DNA of 64,000 bases from Eledone cirrhosa (lineage: Eukaryota), in NCBI GenBank assembly GCA_964016885.1, contig CAXHJY010000351.1, forward strand, positions 1-64,000. Reading direction: 5' to 3'. The position numbers and the translations under genes were made by a program. The notes below the pieces were generated by a model. That model saw only the letters and a program-made list of their open reading frames with translations, was not told the origin of the DNA and did not search any database. This document shows, one piece after another, positions 57,095 through 64,000 of the stretch (its first letter is position 1; each line of letters begins with the position of its first letter).

Positions 57095-57447
57095 GCAACA
57101 AAAAGAAACAAGCATAAAACACAGTTATTGAGCCCCACAGATGTGAAACAAACGATATAGAAAAATATTTAATAATGAAGCATTTGATCCAGCATGGACC
57201 TGGCCTTGGTAGGTAAAAATTAACCTAAAGAACTAAAGGTGAAATCTATTTAACACGACTTCTTCCCCTAAACTAGAAGTTCTTACAGAACATTGACTTA
57301 AGACCGGAACCCAGAGAGACAGACGAGTGAGTGTCAAACAGAACCGCTAGACAACTCCTCTCTGATAATATATATATATTTCATGTACAACACTACACAC
57401 ACATATATATATATATACATATATATATATATTTCATGTACAACATT

Positions 57448-57499
<52 letters not shown>

Positions 57500-57522
57500 G
57501 TGTGTATATGTATATATATATG

Positions 57523-57629
<107 letters not shown>

Positions 57630-57657
57630 TTCCAAAAGATGTATACATACTTCAACA

Positions 57658-57850
57658 ACATTCTAATAAATATGTGCATATATATTATATATATATATAC
57701 ATTCTAATAAATATGTGCATATATATTATATATATATATACATTCTAATAAATATGTACATATATATTATATATATACATTCTAATAAATATGTGCATAT
57801 ATATTATATTATATATATACATTCTAATAAATATGTGCATATATATATAT
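57658..57850. repeat. About 40-44-bp tandem repeat x5 seeded by a MITE end
   Basis: ACATTCTAATAAATATGTGCATATATATTATA... is repeated directly after the AGGGTATTCCAAAAGATGTATACATACTTCAAC MITE terminus. Confidence 0.75.
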
Positions 57851-59455
57851 ACATATAATATATATTCCCCCCCCCCCACACACACACGTGTCTTGTTAAG
57901 CTCAACAGGACCGTGTGTGCCTGTTGGCAAAATGTTGCGAGCAGATGTATCTTTAAAAGCTGGAGACATCACGTGTTCTAGATTACAATTTTAACACTCA
58001 TGTCGCATCTCGCCCTCCTTCCTCCCACTACCTCTATCTCCTGCCACCCCCTCATATATCTCCTTCCTCCCACTACCTCTATCACCTGCCACCCCCCTCA
58101 TATGTCTCCTTTCCCTCCTACTCCATATATTTCTTCATTTTCTTTATTTTTCCCTATCTATTTTCTACGTTGGAAAATGTTGGCTACGGGAATCACCCTT
58201 CATCCTCCTCTTCATCTTGCTCTGGTGGTGTCCAGCAGAAGCAAGGGGGGACAATCGTCGATGCATTTCAGACTTAACTGGTTCTCATCAGCACGATCCC
58301 CCCTCCCACGCAACTGATGGACTTGAAAACTGTCGAGAATATATAGTTTTTTTTTCATCTGTGTAAATGAGCTGATTTATCTCATTTGCATATGAAGCTG
58401 CATAAGTATGCTCAACTTATAATAGAATAGAATTAGAATTTAGCTACACTTTCCGTCTATTTAATATCACTCACAAGTCATGAGTTGACCCTAGGCCATT
58501 GTTAACGACACCTGCACCCAAAGATTCCATGCAGAGGAATTGAAACCGGTATATAATAATTACGAATCGAAGTCCTTAACCATTTTAAGAATATCCCTTG
58601 CTACGTCTACTAAATATTTACACAACAGAAAATACAAATAAATACAACAAAAAAAAAAGCACACACACACACAACCAATGACAAAAAAGTTATAAATAAT
58701 GACCCCCCACCCCCACCCCCCCGCCCCCGCCCCCAACAAAAACACAATCAAAACAAAAAACAAAAAAAAACTATTGTCATCTAACGTGACCGAAATGTTT
58801 GACATAAAAAAGAAAGAATATCTAAAAATAAAACAGCATAACAGACCTATAAAAGAACAGCAGCAACAACAACAACAACAACAACAACACAACCATTGTC
58901 TCGGCGTGACCTTAACTATTAACAAACACCACAACAATATTTTTTTAAATATAAAATTAATGAATTGGATGTGAAAAAAAGCACGTGGCTGTAAAAGCTA
59001 TGGTGCGTTACAAAACCGAAACGTTTGATGATCAACAATGTAAAAAACCCTGAATAAAACAATAATGGAATGTCTAATGATAACCTTGTTACAATCTAAA
59101 GTCTATGAAGAGCCATTTAATGTTTGACAAAGACAACAAAAGTTTAAACATAGAAAATATATAATTCCTAATAAATATATCAAATACAAAACACAAATAA
59201 AACTAAATTACAATTTTAGAATTTAAACATACACACAATATCGCTTGATATGAGCACAGCCAAGTCCCTAGCAGGACAAGACTAAAAAGCCACGTCAATG
59301 ACGCTCATGCTTAAGTATCAATTGATAGCATTACTCAAAATAAAGTTGCAGCTATCATCATCATCATCATGTATGTATGTATGTATGTATGTATGTATGT
59401 ATGTATGTATGTATGTATGTATGTATGTATGTATGTATGTATGTATGTATGTATG

Positions 59456-59968
59456 TTTCTTGGTGAGGAGGGTGACTTTGGACATCCTGCAGGACTAAAA
59501 ACAAAACCTGTCAAAGGGCAAAGGAGCTCTTAAGAGTCAATGGCCATCCAAAATCACTGGGAGAGATGACCCCTTAGCCTTTGTCAAGGCAGAATTCTAG
59601 GAGAAGGAAAACTCTGATATAACACCTGCAACCCTGATGGTATCCAATGATGTTGACTTATTCTTCTTTTTGGTAAATATCATCTTGGTTAAGAGAGTGG
59701 GACTGGCTTTGTGCAGTGCCTTTGCTCACTATAAAAGCTTCACGGCACAGGTATTGCTTTATAACTGGAGATCTCTCTGCACTTGTCGTCACATGGTACC
59801 ATGGGCCCAGAACTATGTGTCAATAATTGTCACAAGTGTAGTGTTTGTACCAGAGTTTTCAAGTCGTTGGCTGAACTAAAAAATCACACTCGTTCACCGC
59901 ATCGGTAGGGGTTCTCCTACATGGATATAAAGTAGTGGCCGTACTCGAAAACGAGTTGGCAGCCACTA
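59456..59968 (+). mobile_element. Non-autonomous RTE-related retroelement, copy 2 (about 510 bp), flanked by (TATG)n on both sides
   Basis: Same sequence as 1-358. Contains GGAGAAGGAAAACTCTGA, and its 3' end resembles the 3' end of the RTE LINE at 49752. A diverged relative lies at about 60140-60400. Confidence 0.7.
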
Positions 59969-60478
59969 TGTATGTATGTATGTATGTATGTATGTATGTA
60001 TGTATGTATGTATGTATGTATGTATGTATGTATAAATATATATAATGTCAGGTTGTTCTTCGGCGCTACAAGTAATATTTAACTCAGTACAACCTATGCA
60101 TGATCGGGACGTTGGTGACTAAACCATCAACCTCACAAGGCTTGCTTGGTGAGGAGGCTGATTTTTGGACATCCTGTGTGATGAAATCAAAACCTGTGAA
60201 AGGGCGGAGGAACTCAGGAGAGTCAACGGTTATACAATAACGTTTTTTTTTTGTGGATCGTGAGATTCCTAGTCTTCATTAAGACACCCCTCTAGGAGAA
60301 GGTCACTCTGATATAAAACCTGCGACTTCGTTTGCATCCAATGATGTAGATCAGTGCTTTCTTTTGGGTAAATGTATTCGATGTTCAGAGAGTAGAACTC
60401 ATTTCCTGCTATTTCAAGCGTTAAACTAAAATATTCCGTCAATGTACCGTGTCGTTTGCTTTCTTATTTCTGTTTATC

Positions 60479-60528
<50 letters not shown>

Positions 60529-60798
60529 TATTCATATATATGTATTTTTCTCTAAGGATAGTTTTTTCAAAGAATCCCGATTGTTCAAATCCATCAGCCA
60601 ATGACCTCCACCCAACCCACTCACCACCTTCCCCTACCACTAGAAAATGTATAAATACCACCACAACACATTAACAGTCGGCTTTCCTTTGAATGAAACA
60701 GTTCTAGTCCCGTAGAAGCCATTTCTATATTAAATATTTATACTCTGCTATGTATTGAGTACCTTACTTATTGTGGTTACCCCCGATTGAACCCGACA

Positions 60799-60904
<106 letters not shown>

Positions 60905-61006
60905 AACGAGTAGGTCCTACTCGTTCCTATTACCCACTCTACTACCCTAAGTATTGAGTACTTTGGTTCGTTATGGTCCACCTGGTTCCTTACCACATTT
61001 CCTCCG

Positions 61007-61067
<61 letters not shown>

Positions 61068-61084
61068 TATATATATATAGATAG

Positions 61085-61549
61085 ATTACATAAGTATCAA
61101 AGTTATGTTTAAATCATTTAATCGCTGACAATTGTTTCTTCCAAACTTAAGCTTGGAATACTCGGAGCATTATCAATGTGTGTACATATAATTAACCTCC
61201 TATTCAACTGAAGAATCATACAGATACATATATATTGATGTTGTGGACAACAGTTTCATGTTTACAGGGTGAAATGGATGCGACATATATTATACGAGAA
61301 GTGTACAATAATTAAAATTAAGATTAAAATTAAAATTAAAAATTAAAAATTAAAAATTAAAAATTAAAATTAAAAGCACAGAGTGGAATACATGCGACAG
61401 CTAATACAAGAGAATAGTCTAATAATTAAAGAGATAGTACATGCGTTAGTCATATATAAAGGAATGGAACAAGCAAATGTATTATGCATATATGAGTACT
61501 GTATTGTCAGCGATTAAATGATTTAAACATAACTTTGATACTTATGTAA
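61085..61549. mobile_element. Element with 48-bp perfect terminal inverted repeats
   Basis: ATTACATAAGTATCAAAGTTATGTTTAAATCATTTAATCGCTGACAAT (61085-61132) is inverted at about 61503-61549. Confidence 0.7.
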
Positions 61550-62158
61550 TATATATTACTGCTCTGTAAAACACCTGATTTTCTTACCTTGAGCTATTTC
61601 TCTTACTGGTAATAAGGTAGTAATACATTACTGACCTTCCCTCTTTATAGTTGTTTATAGTATAGTATATACATAACTATAAATAGTATCTTTAATATTA
61701 TATATATATATATATACACTTGATTGATGTCTTTTGGATATTTAATCACCTATCATTATCAATTTTTATCAAGCAAATTAGACAAACAAAGTATTATTAA
61801 AGTGGTTCGCAGTGGAAATTGTACTACTGAACTTCACAATCACGACAAAACAGATCAAATATGTAGCAAGAAAGTCAGAAAAAAATCAATGGCTAACGAT
61901 GACACCGAAACGTTAGCAGTGAAATATACAGGGAATTAAGAAAATAAAAAAAGAAGTTTAAGTCTTTACTTAATACCAGTTGAATCCGGAACTTAATACA
62001 TATTTATTACATGAAAAAATATTATTACACCACATGTTTCTGTTCTATATAGCTAACTAGTACATACACATAGAAACATAGAGATATATACATTTTATAT
62101 GAATATATATATATGTATATATATATATGATGTGTGTGTATATTTTTACACACATACA

Positions 62159-62199
<41 letters not shown>

Positions 62200-62395
62200 A
62201 CGTGTACATTCATACATTTCCATACACAAACATATATACACATACTATTTATCTATATATGCATACTAATATACACACACAAACACATATATAGGTATAT
62301 GTATATACAAACATGTGTACGCAAAAAAATTGATATATATACTTGTGTGTACATGCATACATACATATATATATATATATATACATACATATACA

Positions 62396-62477
<82 letters not shown>

Positions 62478-62538
62478 TATATACATATATATACATATAT
62501 ATATATTTATATATATACATACATATATATATATACAG

Positions 62539-62574
<36 letters not shown>

Positions 62575-62704
62575 GCACTTTCGGATTTCTGGCTCATTGA
62601 CTTTGTGAACGTATAGACATGGCGGAAGAAATAGTTCAGTTTATAGAACCTATTATTATTATTACTATTATTATTATTATTATTACTACTACTACTACTA
62701 CTAC

Positions 62705-62744
<40 letters not shown>

Positions 62745-63009
62745 GTTATTGTTATCATTATTGTTGTTCTTGTTGTTGTTTGCTTTTAGGGACCAAATAA
62801 ACAGATAAATAAAGAAATATATGTAAGGTCCCAGTGGACCACTTACCTAAGGGAAACATTTTCGACTTACACTGGAAACACCCATATGGTGAATGTTGGG
62901 GTCGGGGTTGGAGAGGGGGATTAAAAAAATTTGAATAAAATAAAAAATGCAAATAAATAAACAAAAATAAAATCTTTTCCTTATGTGTTTTATAGCACAG
63001 TTTTCATGA

Positions 63010-63073
<64 letters not shown>

Positions 63074-63121
63074 TGTAAAAAATATTTCCCAGTGTAAACA
63101 TATACAGACACACATTCACAC

Positions 63122-63212
<91 letters not shown>

Positions 63213-64000
63213 GTATATATATATACATTCATGTAAACACATATTTCAGGTAAAATAACTCCGAGTGAGTATTAGTGTACTTAGTGACGTTAAATTCCTC
63301 AAGTCAACTAAACATAGGCACACATGTGCTTCACACACACACATACACGCACATGCACACATACACACACACACACACACACATACAGACACACACACAA
63401 GCACACACTGATGCAAACCACACTCGACATCAACATGTCATATAAGTCAAATGTTTTATGACCCTATACACACCCAGCAGAAACTCCTGAATATCAGGCC
63501 ACTGACTCGACCTTAATAAAACTATTCATCTCTTCTGTGGTTATTGAGGTCTCATTCTTACGTTTGTCAATGCTAACAAGAGTATATATATATATATAAT
63601 TAGGGAGAGTCACACACAAACGAAGTGTGCATATACATATATACGTATACAAATATATAATATATATATATACGATATTAACAAATGGAAACTATATTTA
63701 TAAAACCATATCTATTTTATTATACATATTTCAAGGATACCATGTTAAATTATGGTATGCTTTCATCAGACAAAATACAATATATAACAGTTTTTGCTTG
63801 TTGTATCCCAGCAATTTAAATAGAACTTTTGCATATATATATATATATATATATTTATAAAAATAATAGATTAAAGTTTAAGCAAAGAATCGCTGCTTTC
63901 ACGGGATCTTCTGCAGATCCCGTTAAGGTTGAAAGCAGCGATTCCTTGCTTAAACTTTAATCTGTTATTTTAATAAATATTTGCTCTACGGTTTTTATAT

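Overview
Animal genomic DNA, most likely an octopod cephalopod (inferred from the repeat repertoire and the extreme (TA)n/(CA)n/(GA)n density). Only two protein-coding units are supported. The first is an intronless secreted ADAMTS-like M12B metalloprotease (3045-5009, +). The second is the homeobox exon of Hox3 (14885-16818, -), which has a very long low-complexity C-terminus ending in PKLTHL. The two genes are convergent and about 10 kb apart. I found no hexapeptide-encoding first exon, so the remaining 47 kb is probably Hox3 intron or upstream DNA. That DNA is filled with microsatellites, tRNA-derived SINEs, RTE and Tx1/L1-like LINE remnants, a non-autonomous Helitron, mariner-type MITE ends and several minisatellites. 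The most striking non-coding pattern is roughly 30 short elements from about 8-9 unrelated families. They sit in (TA)n/(TG)n tracts, are often folded back on themselves as inverted repeats, and many carry a hammerhead-ribozyme-like CTGAnGA...GAAA core (Penelope-like pLTR remnants). Nearly all other ORFs in the track are translated microsatellites. Coordinates of repeats were read by eye and are approximate.
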